Below, piece after piece: positions 13,021 through 27,900 of a DNA stretch of 64,000 nucleotides. Source of the DNA: Lepidodermella squamata (Eukaryota > Animalia > Gastrotricha). A program made the position numbers and the translations under genes. Numbering within the stretch: the first letter of the stretch is position 1; each line of letters opens with the position of its first letter. The stretch spans positions 1,240,001 through 1,304,000 of the forward strand of contig JBLDXI010000074.1 in the NCBI GenBank assembly GCA_047495785.1, written 5' to 3'. The notes under the pieces were generated by a model. The model was not told the origin of the DNA, did no database searches, and worked only from the letters and a program-made list of their open reading frames with translations.

Positions 13021-15605
13021 TCAGAGGGGCAGGCCCAACTTTTTGCGCACTTTCTCCTTCTTCTTCACCAACTCGATGTTGCGGTCTTTCCACGTCGACT
13101 TGCGCAGCTTGATCGGCCGATTGCCCACGTACTTGCCGTTCCACTCGCGGATCGCCCGAGCCAGGTCGAGCGGGTCCTTGAACGATACGAAGCCGAAGCC
13201 GCGCGATTTGTTCGTCCGCTTGTCACGCACGACCTTCGCTTTCTGGAAACTCGGATAGATCGAAAACACCTTCGCCAGCGATTCGTCTGTCGTCTCGTTG
13301 CCGAGATCGCCGCAGAACAACCGGTGGTCATCTGCAGAAAGCGCAGGATCAAGTGTTAGAGAGTACATTAAAAATAACCCATTTCCCGAAAAGACATGTT
13401 ATCGCTTTTCCTTTTTAAATGGTCGGATCCGCTGATGACTGCAGCAGAATCTGACTTGATTGAGAAATCGGAGAGGATATTCGTGCTTGAATAAGTAGGC
13501 ATTTTTGAGTATTCGAAGTTCGAAGGGGTTCCGGGAGCGGATAATTGTAAATGGTTCTCGAAATATTCTACATTAGAAACTAAGTAAGGCTCATATACTT
13601 CATCTGGTCGGAAAAAGATCTGGCCTTGGCTAAGAAAAAAGCTCATTTTTGATTGATTTCATCATTACAACTGAATCCTAAGCCTCTTGACCTTTCTGAA
13701 AGGTTCCACAGCAACTTTTATCGCCTTAAAATTCATCCACTGAAATCTCTTTTTCCAACCGATTGAGGGGTGAGCCTAACTTAGTTTCTAATGTAGAGTA
13801 TTTCGAGCACAAACCATTTTCCATTATCCGCTCCCGGAATCCCTTCCAAGTTCGAATACTCAAAAATGCCTAATTATTCAAGTAGTACGAAAATACCGAC
13901 CCAATATTATTAACTATGGAAATCCAAAATTACCCCTAAAAATTGTCAAACTTTATTCAGAGGTGCTTTCGATCGGATAAAAATCGGAAATCATCTTACA
14001 CATCTGTGTCTTCAATGTCATAAATTTCTAAAAGACTAATTTATATATGTCGTAGTCTAATAAGCGATTTAGTTGGATTGGGAATCCAACTAGTTTTGTG
14101 CCAATTTGCTCAAAAAACTAGTTTAATATCCTGTAATAATGGATATTATTATAATGGATAATGATAATGATAATGGATAGAGAACTCAACCCTGAAGACG
14201 GTCGGGAGTGGTTTTCTTGGCCGTTCTGTCTCTTTTATTTCGCTGGAGAGTGCAATGACTCCACCTTAACAAAATATAATTTTCCGAACTGAAATAAGGC
14301 GCAAAAAATACCCATAAATGCATTTCTAACACTGGTTGACGCTATCAATCGAGTTGGTTGTTCAAAACCTCAGCCCTTCCAGGGAGGTAATGTTTTTGGT
14401 TTGAACAATGTGTTTGATTGCCTTATAAACTAGTTTTTGAAAAGTTTGCCCATTAAACATATACATCGACGGTTTTTTCAAAATTGTCCCTAAACAGGCA
14501 AGACTTCGGCTAACATGAAGTATTTCGATTCAGGACCCTTCGTATCAGTCGCGAGTTGTCAAGGACGCCAGTTCAATGCCCAAGCTCTTCCTTCTATTTC
14601 TATTTCATGTTTCTGGTGAAGTTTGAAGTTTGATCGTGGTTTTTCAAAGCTCAATCACGAGATTACGATTTTTCTGTATTTTGTTGCGTAAAATCTTTCG
14701 CAAGTGGAACTTACTGGGATCCCACTCGAACAGCGTCATGTCCATCCAAACTTCGCCGCCGGCTTTGCGCTTGCCCGAAAAGTAATCGGCATCGTCCGAC
14801 GTCGACGCGCCCTGGTTCTTCGCCGACTTCTTGCCGCCCGCGCCGCCGGCCGAAGACGACGCCCCGGCAGCACTTGCTCCGGGCATGTTCGCCGGCATCG
14901 GGATGGACGCGTTCGCCGTCGCCGAGCTGTTCTGCTTGTTGAGCGCCGCTTGCAGCGTGTCGTGCGCTGTGCTCTGAGTCGACGCCTCCGTTTTCGCTTT
15001 GAAAGCGTCCAAAATCGCCTTCGCCCGAGCCAACGCTTCGGATTGAGGGGCCGAGGAAGGTGCAGCCGCTGGCTGAGCAGCTAAAATAGATAAAAATTAA
15101 AATCAAAATTAAAAATTTTTAAAGATTTTAGAAGAAAAAATTAACCTCATATTTAAAAGTGAGGCAAAATGACTTAAAGCGCTTTTTGAGCAAATAGAAA
15201 TTGCTGTAACTGACCTGGAGCTGAAGAAGGCGCATCGTCATTCGCGTTATATTTGATCGGTTTCGCTTCGATGACCGTATTCGGCCTCACTTGGGGCGGG
15301 TGGCCGAAGCCCCTGCCCGCCGCCGGCATGAAGGTGCCATGCATCGCCGGTTGGTAGGCCGGCCGGGCTGAGAACTGCGCCATTTGCGGCGGCATGTAGT
15401 GCTGAACAGGAGGTCTGATGGGCGGTGTTGCGCCGGACGGCTGGCCGAGGCCTAGTCGAGCCCGCAATTGCGGCGGGATGAAGGCTGTGGTTTTCTGCGG
15501 CTGTTGCGGCCGAATCGCTGGGCCATTGCTGGGTGCAGCTGGTAGCTGCTCGATTTCAGCTTCAAATCGCTCAAATTCACGCTCGATATCATTAAATCTG
15601 CTCAT
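13021..15605 (-). CDS. RBM42: RNA-binding protein 42 (exons 15605-15215, 15080-14715, 13331-13021)
   Basis: Pro-rich N-terminus, AGGEVWxDxTLxEWDP, RRM DHRLFCGDLGNE...GFGFVSFKDP...KYVGNRPIKLRKS; splice phases are consistent. Confidence 0.93.
13486..13883. repeat. Intronic inverted repeat / MITE-like foldback (arms about 110 bp, spacer about 180 bp)
   Basis: 13486-13593 is an imperfect reverse complement of 13771-13883. Confidence 0.8.
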
Positions 15606-16207
15606 CAGTGTTTTCAGAAATTCTTAAAAAAAAATTCCTAAAAATTGAAGATAGGTAAGATTTCAAATGCTGCAAATTAACACTTAGGTTCCTGCGATAT
15701 TTCAAGCGCGTTAATTTTGAGATCTAGTCTGAAAATTTAGAAAATATTATTTTAGAACCTAATCTAATTTCAAGAACGGTGCAAAAATTACGTTTTGGAG
15801 GTCTCAAGGTTCAAGGTCCACATTTTGAGCCGTCTATTTGATTTTAGATAAAAATAATGAAGTCCCATTTGAATTTTCGGAATCTAACCCAGTTGTTTCG
15901 CAAAATTGGTCAATGAGTTAAATTTTCGAAGTGGTAATATCTTTCGAAATCAGGGCTATTCAACTTTTATCTGGTCATTTTGGCAGCTAATTTCAGGATT
16001 AATTTCCTGGAAAGTTCTGCCTCTATCAATACGCGATTCTTGATACAAAAATCCCTCTCTTCTGTGAAACATTGCCACATTTTATAGAACATCACATGAC
16101 TCTTTTAAAGCAATCAATAAAATAATAACATCAATCAATATTCAATTTTAACAAGTAAAGCGACTTGTTCAGCGGTAGAAAATAAACGAGAAATAAGAAA
16201 ATTGCGA

Positions 16208-16860
16208 TCAAGTCGCCGCATTTTCTACGACTTCTACTGATTGTTCGTTTTCCGATTTTGCCGTCGACTCGTTCGACGCTTTTGCCTCCAGCTTTTCGTT
16301 GGGGCGCTTTTTTAGCACAGTATCGTCGTCATCGTCGTCGAAATCCTCGGCTAGCTTCAATTGGCCATTCAAAGCCTGGAGACCAAGTGATTTTTCGCAC
16401 TCGCCAAACGCTTGCGGGTACAGGCGAGAGCATTTCGATTTCAAATTTCGAATACGACGAGTTACGTTGAACAACCGCTCGCGTAATTCGCCGAGCTGAA
16501 CTGTCGCTCTTCGAATATCTTGAACAACGTCAGTCGGCGGAATTCGATCCAAAGCACCGCTGTTGAATGAAAGAACTTGTTGAGGCGCCCCGGGTGGAAG
16601 CAATCGTCGAGAGGAGACCTGAAAACATCGTATTATTCAATTCTTTGTTGTCATAAAACGCAACTTACATCTATAGCTGTGCTGAGCAATGCATTTGTTC
16701 GCTCGAATCTAGCTAACATTCGTTGTTGGACGGCTAACATTTGACTGATTTGACTAGCTGGAATCAATGCTTCCGTGAATGAGGTAGCGAACAGTTGAGA
16801 TGCCGGTAGTTCATCATCGAATATATCCTCCGATCCAAGCTTCTGAACTACACTCGTCAT
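16208..16860 (-). CDS. KXD1: KxDL motif-containing protein 1 (BORC subunit; exons 16860-16669, 16618-16208)
   Basis: QQRMLARFERTNALL and LFNVTRRIRNLKSKCSRLYPQAF resemble the KxDL domain; 50-nt GT-AG intron. Confidence 0.75.
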
Positions 16861-17164
16861 TATTTAAAACACTAGTAACAACAAGACAAACTTGGTTTTG
16901 AAAGAAATCGGGTTTTATTTTTTCACAACTAGAGCTATATAGTATAGTATGCACGGGGTGTCGGCTTTTATTTCTTTCGACTTTAGAGCAGGCAATCAAT
17001 ATTCGGTGACGGAAACCTGGCAGTTCAATCATCAAAAAGGTCATTGTTTTCAAACTACAGTGATCCAAGGAGGTTTCACACAATCATTAGTTGTAGTGTT
17101 TTGGAGATATTTTTATTCATCAAGTTCTTAGTAATTTACGTACTGACAGCCGGTTGACAACTTT

Positions 17165-17590
<426 letters not shown>

Positions 17591-19562
17591 TTAACGTAAA
17601 TAAGATTAAATATACTTATGTCTGAAAAAACAGTAACAAATTAGAAAGCAATCAAGTATCCTGTTCTTTCTGTGATTAGATAGCTTTTCAAGAAATGAAT
17701 GTCTGCATACCATTCAGCATTTGTACACCAGTTTGGAGTCAAACACTATTTTGGCAAGCAATTTAATATACATGTCGACCAAACCACATCGCAAGGTCAA
17801 TGCCAACAAAAGAGTAACTTCAGCGTGCGTAACAAGCCGCTAAACACGAGAAAGCTCAAATGAGACATCGGCAAAGCAGTCCTGTCGCTATGAATTAAGA
17901 AATTTTCGCGATCATCTCAGCAAAGCTGTATATAGGCCAACTTTGCGGAAGCCTTTTGAATCAAACTAGGGTTAGGGTTACGTCGTTACCATCAACGAGC
18001 GAGACAAAAAATGACGTCTTCGAAGAAGGTCCCGATGGCTTCGCCGAACACGCTCAAACGAAAAAAAAACACAACCGCAAAATTCCGAGCAGGCGAATAT
18101 ATATTACTAATTAATAAAATTATTGTATAAAATTATGGAAAATTTAAAAATTATTGGTCAAGATGAAATTTTGAAATTATCTGGCGCGGAAAAGTAGAAG
18201 AACCGATTTGTCGGAATTGAAGTTCGCGGAATGCAATGATTGACAGGCTGTTTCACGCAATTCATAACACCTGGTAGCAGCGAGCACGATGTTGATTACC
18301 TTTGTTGTTCCTTGTTGTCGATAGCTCGAGCAATTAGCACTGAATTTACGTTTGTGATGCGCCAACACCTGTCTCTTAGTAAGCTATGTGGATGGTCATT
18401 TGGCAGGTGTTTTGCTCGTAAATTTGAATTTATTTTGTTATTTGCACCGAAGTGATACCTGGCTATGTTCTGATATTCTTACCTCTTACCATATATTGTA
18501 TAATTGGGGTTGACATGTAACGGTAGATTGGCTAAGTATTCGCGATACAGGATAAGTAGTATTAATATTCTTGTTACTAGAGGGAATTACAACAAACAAC
18601 GAACAATGATTCCCGAGTGCACCACTTTTGATTCTTTTCAATAATACTGAAAACTCGTAGCGTCATTTGACGAAATTGTCATATACTCAAAAAGCTCAAT
18701 GCTCTCGATGTGTTCTCATTGAGCAATTCGTGTTGAGTTTTGATAACTAGTTATATCGAAGATCTCCCGTTGTTCGAATTACGACGGTCTCGCATGAAAG
18801 CGAGATGTGACTGGGGACCAACCAGTCCTCGGACTACTTTGTGGCCGACTGTGACTGGACAAAGAATAGGACAGCCAAATCGAATTGATGTGTGTTAACG
18901 CAAAATTTAGCTCTCAATTAGTTCAGACGTCGTAGTTGTGGTTTTAATAATAATTGTAGAAATTTTATCAATTACCTATTTCTCTTTGTAAATCTGTGAT
19001 ATGCCGTAGGCCGGTAGCTATTCATCTGAGCTGTTGCCAATATGAAAGCTGCTCAATTCATGTAAATTCAACATCGATACATAAATGGGTCCAAATCAAT
19101 ATTGACCGTTACCGATAATTCGGCATGAAAATATGTTCAATTTTTGGCCTTAGAATTTAGAATGTCCCTGAAGCAACCTCAATAACGAATCATTGAAAGC
19201 CTGGCTATTTTTTGGCAGATCTGTGCTTGCTCGGGACTTGGGTTAGGCATATTGACAGCCTCTTCTCTCTTCATGGCTTTCCTTATGCCAAAAATGCCTA
19301 TCTTTCAGGCTGCTGTTAGAATCATTCCTTGGCTTATGCCTATCTCGATTTTGAATTGCTTGAACTTTAGCAAGTTGATTAGTCTACGGTCATCTTGATA
19401 TAATTCGCACTTGCGCTGGTTGTTTTGTAGATTTTGTTCTTGAATCGCGCCGGAAATTTATTTATTTGTTTACTATTTACATATCGCTTGATCGTGTGTG
19501 CGTGCGCGTTTCCAAATCAGAGTCAAAGTCAAAAATTGCATTTCATCACTTCACTAGAAATA

Positions 19563-20057
19563 ATGGTGTTTAATTTCAAGCGCGAAGTTAAAGACTACGG
19601 CTTCTTGCGCGGCACGCGTGCGTTTTTTGTCACGAACCGCTTGTCGCTGCTGATTGCTTTCGGCGTGTGCGGCGCATGGGGCGGCCTGTTCTACTGGGAG
19701 CCCAAGTGGTTGTCGGACATAATCGACGAGATGACGGTGCGTTGTTTTTGTTTTGTTTAAAAAGTCGCATAGCACAACGACTTCTGCTATTGTTATTTAT
19801 GCCGGATTGATTTCACAATTATCGATTTTTTCCTGCGCATGTCTACTTGTTTTTCTTGTTGTTGTTTCTACCGTGTGCAGTTAGCGGAAGTTGAATCGCA
19901 GCGACGGTCAGATAGGGCTACGTATTTTTACGCTATCGAACGGCAACAGCAAATGGCACGCGAAGAAGAAAACCGAGTAGAAGCCGATTCGAGCGTTGCC
20001 ACCCTCGGCAAACAATCAAATCAGGGCTCGTGGAGGCCGTCGTGGACTCGTTTCTAG
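19563..20057 (+). CDS. Small single-pass membrane protein of unknown function, 116 aa (exons 19563-19736, 19881-20057)
   Basis: Phase-0 GT-AG intron joins two open frames; one TM segment (LSLLIAFGVCGAWGGLFYW); AATAAA at about 20095 and 20111. Confidence 0.6.
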
Positions 20058-21947
20058 CTCTATTGACTCGACAGCCCGACTTGTTATATATGTTAATAAA
20101 TAATAATAACAATAAAAATACCCGTTATTTTTACTTTATTGACGTTTCTAGATTTTACATTGTTTATTTACTATTTTCTACTTTTTTCTTGCAGTAGATT
20201 TTTTACCGAGTAATTTTGTTATTATTTAACAGGCGATTTGGTTGTTTCGAATGCCACCTATCTTGGATTTTTCGCTGCGTAGTGAATCTAGGTCGCATTC
20301 TAATTTAAAGTGGGGCAAACATCAAAGCAAAGTTTATTGCTGGCAGTTTGCTGTTCCCAAGCTGATTATAACTAGCTTGTTGCTGTTCTAAGGTCCTCGC
20401 ATTTTTTATTACGCGCTGTTTAGAGTTTTGAAGTTCGCGGTTTTCACTTTTCTGGGTCAAAGTAATTTAAATGAGGGCGCAATTCTCAAATGTGAGGTCC
20501 TCGCATTTTTTTCTAGCGAGTTTCGCGTTTTCGTGTTATCTTTGTCGGCTGTTGACTTGCTGCTCTTCTTTGTCTATCGACTAATCGAAGAAGTGAAAAC
20601 AATAAACAGGGCGAGTAGTTTTTCGGCTGGAATGCCACGCTCTGTTGACGCGCGAACGTGCAAAAGGCGTAATGTTTATCAGGGTGTCGGTCGGCGGTGA
20701 ACAAAAGTGACTTCGCTTCGTTTGCATTAATTGCTGCACGCTTTCTTACTTCGTTCAATGTAGTTACACAGCTCTGTATTACTGCGATATTTAGCGGTGT
20801 TGGATTTCGGCTCGCGTTATCTGCAGGCGCGTCTTGCATAACCTCGCCCTAGCCTCCAGTTTTGTTTTGTTATCATTTAGCTGTTGCTCATACCCGGCCC
20901 CCGCTCGCTCGCTCGTCGATGTTTCTGAGCTCTTCATAAGTAACGCTAATAACAATATAATGGTAGCACTGTTATTGTTGCGCGATTACTGCTAGGCTAG
21001 CCGCCTGAAATATTAGCCGCTGCTGCTGCTGCTCTTGTATTTACTGGCCTCTTTAGAAGCTGCTGCTGTTCGCCCATCGAATACTTATGCATATAATATT
21101 GTTATTTTCCACTTACTTCCTGTTTGTTATTGTTCCATATACGAGGCATGCGATTTCCGCTAACGAGTCGATTTGTTTCCGCGCACAATTTTTCCTCGTC
21201 GTCATTACCTTGTTGTTTTTTTTCATTCCTTTAGGTAGTGTTGTTTATCAACTTGCATCACATCTAAGCAGTGTTAGGCGAGGTCCGTTTTTCAGTTTTA
21301 TTGCTATGCGCGTTGCTGTTTTGAGGACCGCGCACTTTTTTATTGCACGAGTGTGCGATTTATTGCCACCATTTTTGAGCACTCGAAAATAGTGACCGCA
21401 GCGAGTCAAATTTGAGATTTAGATACAGTGAGATGACCAGTGAACAGCAGCAGCGCCTCATCTCACAGATGGCGTGCAGCAGCGTGGACAATTGAGACTC
21501 GGATGGTTATAGTAGTAGCCGAAATACTAGCTTTGGCCGTATTCTAACAAGTATAAAGCTGAATTAGCGCGCGCGCGAGTCCGTCTGCGCGTGCTTTCAG
21601 AGCGCAAGCCGCACGCCACACACACAGCCACATACTACACACGTTGTTTAACGATATATATTGTCTTTGAAGATTTTCCCAGTCTTGAATTTTAATTAAA
21701 AGGGATTTGCCCGTTCACTTATGCACGCAGCACGCTCTAAATCACAGTTATAGTATGTGTATAGCGTGAGTGTGTGTTGGTATTGCTGTTGCAATTTTCT
21801 TCATCTTTATCTTCATCATCATCATCGCGTTTGTTTTCCGGTTCTTGCACCGATGATGATCTGTGCTTGCTGCCAGCTCGAGTCTCAAGTGGGCCGTTTT
21901 TATAGGTGGGTTGTAAGCCTGCATGCCCCACTCAACGCTCAACGTTG

Positions 21948-24900
21948 ATGGCTTTATTATTTGTTATTTGTTATTGTCGTAAAAACATCGTGTTCTCGAT
22001 TACTTACTCTTCTGACAACATGATAGCAGCTGTCAGGCGGAACTATGAACAAGATGAACGAACTAAACGATATTTTCTAGGTCGCAAGAAATCCGTGTCG
22101 TTTTATTGCTGCGAGAAACAGCAAAAAGTGCGTTGCGGTTTTGAGGTCCGCGCATTTCTTTCTTTTTTATTGCTAACATTTATGTGTGTGCGCGATTTTT
22201 GAATTTCTTCCTCTCTCGCATCTTTTTCCACGTGCTGTTTCTGGGCCATTGCGAGTATTATTATCGCGATATTAGGGCGCGTTATTAGCATTGTTTATTG
22301 CTGCTGATGATGTTGTTTGTTACCAGTGACCGGCAACTACTTGTACTACTGCTGGTACTACTACTAGGTGTCACTCATTCGCGATAATATAACCAGGCCG
22401 CCGCCTGTGCTAACACGCCTGTTTGTCGTTTGACACAGAGCTAGCTGGGCAGGCAAACACGGCGCCGTTTAGTCGACGTCGTTGTGTCTCATCGCCAGGC
22501 TCATGATCTACCTACTACTGCTATCATCGTAGTGTGTAGTGTGTGTGTGTGGCTGGTTGGTTTCTACGTTTGATACAAAGCCAACTCGTGTTTGCGCCGC
22601 ACCGGCAGTGGCGTTTTTATTACGACGACTGCTGCTGCATTTATTTCCAATCCGACTCGAGCGAGCCTGGCCGCAAAAAAAGCTGCCTGACATTTCAGCG
22701 CCATTATTCATCATACAACAATTCTCTTGTTTTTAGATTATTCATCTAGCGTATTTTCAAATTAGAAAAGTTACTCACTGCAATTGGCTGGCGTTGTTAA
22801 ATACGCCAAAGGAGCAGAAGAAGGACGATTGTTATTGTTATTTTTAACGCGTTATTAACGAGCCGACTTGACTGCTAAATGTCGTGAAGCGGAATTTCAA
22901 GCGTTAGCTGCATATTATTACGACGACGACGAAGATGATGATGAGGACGGTCGCCGATTTTACGCCGATTGTTCTCTTATCATTCATTATCGCTCAATTT
23001 TTCAAAGGTTTGCTGATTTTCTCGATTTTTTATTCACAGTTTTAGGTCATTTTTTACTAGTTGTTTAATGCCGATATGACAAAATTTGAGGGATTTTCTG
23101 GCTAATTATGAGAAATATTATTTAAATTAGCACCTAATTTGCGATTTTTTATTTTAATGTTTTCGCCCACTTGTCGGTGTCAACTGAAATCCGAGGCTTT
23201 AGGGGATAAATTTCACACTCTTAATAGGTTTTTCGACTTGTTAAGCTGCCGCCATTAATGGCTGAATTGTGAAAAGAATCAACAGGTGGTTTAAGCAAAA
23301 AAATTATGGAAAATTAAGGAGAAAAATTACGAAATTTTGTTTGACTTTGTTTTTTTCTAGAAATTTCCTGCCTATCTTTCAAGCAAGAGCCAACGGGAAC
23401 CGGTTACTACAAGCGCCGCGATGTAGTCCGGCTATTTTGCCAATTGGACGTGGCGAACGTTGAGATTACGTGGTATTTAAACGGCCAGCCGCTGTTGCAC
23501 CACTCGGCGTCGCAGCAGAAAGCGGCGCGGAATGGCGGCGGCGGCGGCCACCAGGCGACGACTCGGTCGCTGTCGAAGCGCGAAATCAATACGTCGACGA
23601 GTTCGCGGAGTGTCCACGCGGATTACATTGTTGAGAAGATTACGAATGGCTCGTCGCTGGTGTTCGCGCCCTTCCGGCCGAACAACAACGCCGGCGTGTA
23701 CCACTGCTCGGCGATGGACCTCGATTCCGGGTTGATTGTGCTCAGCCGGAGTGTTGTGCTCAAGAAGCCGATTCCGCCGAAGCAGGAGTTCGAGGAGTAC
23801 ATGCGCAGCGTGGACGCGCTCGCCGGCAACAACGTGGTGCTGAACTGCACGCAGCCGGTGCATGCCGAGCCGGCCGTCTACAAGTGGCGGTATCGCAAGT
23901 CGCAGATTCTCGAGGAGTTTCGCGACGTTGACGGCGAACTGCCAACGGGGCGGTTTTACACCACGCCCAACGGCAATTTGTACCTCTTCAATGTGACTAC
24001 GCAATTTGCAGGTGAGCATTCCACAACAAATCATTGTTCTGAGTCACCCGAGAAATATATTTCAGAAAATTAAGAAGAACATTTGATGAGATAGTGGGAT
24101 GATATTTTCAAATTTTAGATTATTTTCCTGTTAAAAGATCGAAAAAATGTAAAACTGAGTGTCTTCAAAATCCAAACTTGTTCATAAAATGCGTGAAAAT
24201 CGAGAAGATCATTAGATCTGGAAAATTATGTACCATTTATATTGTAGCGTAACTGTCTGTAATGGAAGCGAATTTTCAAATTAGGCACGTAACTTGGAAT
24301 ACTTATACGAAGTATTATTTTTCGAATATTGTTAGCTGGGTTTTCAGGGGAACGAATCCATCATTGTACAGTCGATTCGTGAAGTTTCTTATGATTTTCA
24401 TTGAATTCGTTTTGGAGAGGTTCGTTGAAGTCTGATTTAGCTTTTTGGAAAATTAGAATGCCTGAATCTGAACCTTATAAAATTTTCCCCAAGTTCCCCA
24501 CAAGTTGTTAACGAGGAAGCCGACTTGCTTAATTTTTCTTTATTTTAGGAATATTTTGAACTAACTGTTCCTTATTTAAGGGTAAAAAAGGGAGGGATCT
24601 GTCGCGAAAATGATTTACGTTAACTCTAAGAAATTAACAAATTTTTCGAACTTCTTTACCTAGATCTTGGAATTTTGGAAAATTTTTGGTTGACCGAGCG
24701 ATTTTTTATATACCTGAGTATAAATTGTTTTTACATATTTTCGACATCAAAATTTTGACGTGTTGTATGGCAATTTAAGTTTCAATTGGAAATTATTGTT
24801 GGAAAATCTGAATTTCCTTTATTTGATATAATATCTTTCATTTTTTTCATTCAATTATTCTGAATTGTTTTTCTTTCTTTTTTTAAGGTGACTTTCGATG

Positions 24901-27900
24901 TGTAACCGTCAACGAACTGCTCGAGAAAGAAGCCGTGACATCGTACTACTACCGGCTGTTTGTGAAAACGCCGAAATCGCTGCGCAACCCAGTGATCAGC
25001 CACTTCTCATGGTTCTCCGCCACGCAGGTCGAACAGGGCCAGTCGCTGACGCTCGAGTGCAACGCAGACGGCGCCCCACGGCCGAGCGTCAACTGGCGAT
25101 TCTCGTCATCGCAGTACAAGCACAAGCTGGAAACAGCCTACGAAGGCGTGTTGACCCTCAAAAACGTAACGGCGGACGATTCGGGCATCTACGCGTGCGA
25201 ACTCGCCCCGGCCGGCTCCGAATTCGTCAAAACCGTCAACGTCAGCGTCGTGCCGCCGCTCGCCATCGACATTTCAGTCGGTGAGAAATCGATGAATCTG
25301 GACGTCGGGGCGTCGTTGGCTGTTCGATGCAGTGCGAATCGCGGTTTGCCGGCTGGTTATCGCATTTCGTGGCTGAAAAATGGCACGCCCCTCGGCGAGG
25401 AAGCAACGGGCGTTCATCAACAGGGTGAGTCATCATCATCGTGGATTTGAATCTGTTTTTCATTACCGAGCCGCCTTTTCTCCGGGCTTGTTTATATTTT
25501 TTTGTTACGCGGGTTCACAAAGATTTGTGGCGCCGGCCGGCGGAAAAATCACGTTTTGTACCATGTTATTGCGTACGCTAATTTTCCTGCTGTTAGCGTG
25601 TATAAACATCAGACGGTTTTCTGTGTGTTTATAAGCCGAAAAAAGCTCGTGTAAGGTCGTGGTAGACCAATTTTCGGGCCATTATTTTGGCTATTTTGCG
25701 ATATGTAAATGGGCGAGACTGAATCATTGCGTGATAATCTTATTAGCCACCGGTACTACAGCACTTACGAGCAGCAAATCATCATGAAAATAACACATTT
25801 TTTCTTTCAAGCAAGAAATGGTGGGGGAAATAATTATCTAGAATTGAATGAAAATTCCTGATTTTGAGGCTACTGAATACTTAAGGTGATAATTTGCTGT
25901 CTTCATCTAGAAAAAAATAAGAAATTGAACATATGGAAAATTGTTAATATCTCGAATATGGAATACCATGAAGTAATACTCGGGAAGTTCATGATAACGA
26001 TATTTCATTATTAGAACGAAATGTTAACTTTTCTAATAAAAAATTACGAATGACGTTTTTCAAATTTTCAAATTTCAGCAGCCTCCTAAAAATCACAACA
26101 AACGCAAATATATCGTATAATCTTTAAACCAGACTGGTTTTATTGGTCGTCAACAATCTGTCCACGAGTTTTATTGTGGAGAACACCATTTATAAAATAT
26201 TTTGAATACATTTTTTCTCGCGTCAGTCATTGGGTAGATTCTATTTTTTCGATCCATTTTCAGTGCGAAACGATTTTATGAATAACTTGGAGTCCTTTTT
26301 ATTTTAAGACTCGTTGGTAACCAGATTTGATTGGTATTTCAGAATTTTTTGAAATTAGCATCGATGCCTTTTACAGGCTTAAGGCAGACTTGATAAGAAA
26401 TTATTGTTCTGCCCAATTTAATTTTGCCGAAGATTCTAGATTCTGGTGAATTTGATGTTGGCAATTGTTCAATTATTAATTCGGGAATTTATTGCTTTAT
26501 TTTAGAATTTTGGATTTTATTCTAAAATATTTAGTTCAAACTTGAAGTATTCCATTCTCTGCAAATTTACCTTCATTTTTTATCACACTTTTCTTTGTTT
26601 TTCAGTCCAACAATCGATGGGCGTGGCCGAGTTGCTGATAAGCAACGCACAGCTGGCGGATTCCGGCGTGTACCAGTGCTTCGTAGCCGAGGAACTGCCA
26701 TCAGCCGCGGCCGCCTCAGCCGCCTCCGCATCAGCCAACGGCTTATCCGGCTCAAAAAACGGTCAACGCAGCCCGTTCGGCGCGTTGGTCGCTTCGAACG
26801 ACTACTATTCAGGCAGTAGCAGCAATAGCCAATCTACAGCCGCTGCGGCTGCTTCATCCGGTCCAATCGCCGCAGACAACGCAGATCGGGCGTTGTTAAT
26901 TTACGCGGCACACGCCGACGTGTTCATTAGCGTCACTTGGCCGGCAACGACGACGACTGTCGAAAGCACGGCAGCAGCAGCGGCGGAGCAGACTACGGCC
27001 GAGCCACAGGCGGCTGTTATACCGCAGCACTCGACCGCCATGTTAGTACATTCATACATACATGCGTCCCAAATAATACATCCCTTCACTTCCCATACAT
27101 ACTACATACACTTATTTTGTTACTAAACGCTGAAAATGACGCGAGGATTCGCGCCTTTTGTTGTTAGTGTCGCTGCTGTGTGTTACTGCTAAACGCTAAA
27201 AACACAGAGAGAGCGCATTAAAAGGGAAGCGGCAGCTAGCGGTTGGATAAAGCACAGAAACTATGGGAGGGTAGATGAATGAATGAAGGAAAATAGGCGA
27301 GGCGCTTTTGTTTCAGCCGTTATTGTTGTTGTTGTAGGGTGGAAAAGTGACGCTCATAAAATAACACTTGTTGCAAATAATTAAGTCTACTCCAACTGCT
27401 TCTGCTACTGCTAAATTCAGGCTATCGAGAGAGCTATGCTCAACTCAAGAGGCAAGCATAAGAAAAATGAGACAAATTACGGCATAAATATCTGAGCAAA
27501 AACAACTGAAAACATGCACAAAAAACTTGATGAATTCGAAGAGAAAACGAATTTTCTTCTGGATTTCTGATCATTAAACAATGGAAAAAATTTGAAAGGG
27601 AATTTCCTTCAGAATTCAAAATTTTACATATGATATTCGGCAAGCCGATGAATGCAGTTATTTATGGCTAGAAGGAAGTAATGTCCCATAGAGCCACGAT
27701 TCTCCGCAGATTCCGATGCTTTTTCGGTCCATGCTCAATTACGTGTCTGACGAATTTTTACCAAATCTCAATTAGATCCTTCTTTGATTCTTTAAGCTAC
27801 AAATGAATCAATCTTATTTCAGAATCGCGAAATTTTCCCCAGTATTGATCGTCATATCATTTTCTGATCAGTTCCCAATTTTTCTCTTTATTAATGTTGA

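Noticed and set aside
20400-23300. Numerous short ORFs upstream of the Ig-FnIII gene
   Set aside because: Low-complexity UTR or intron-like sequence with no coding signature, apart from the tentative signal exon at 21948.
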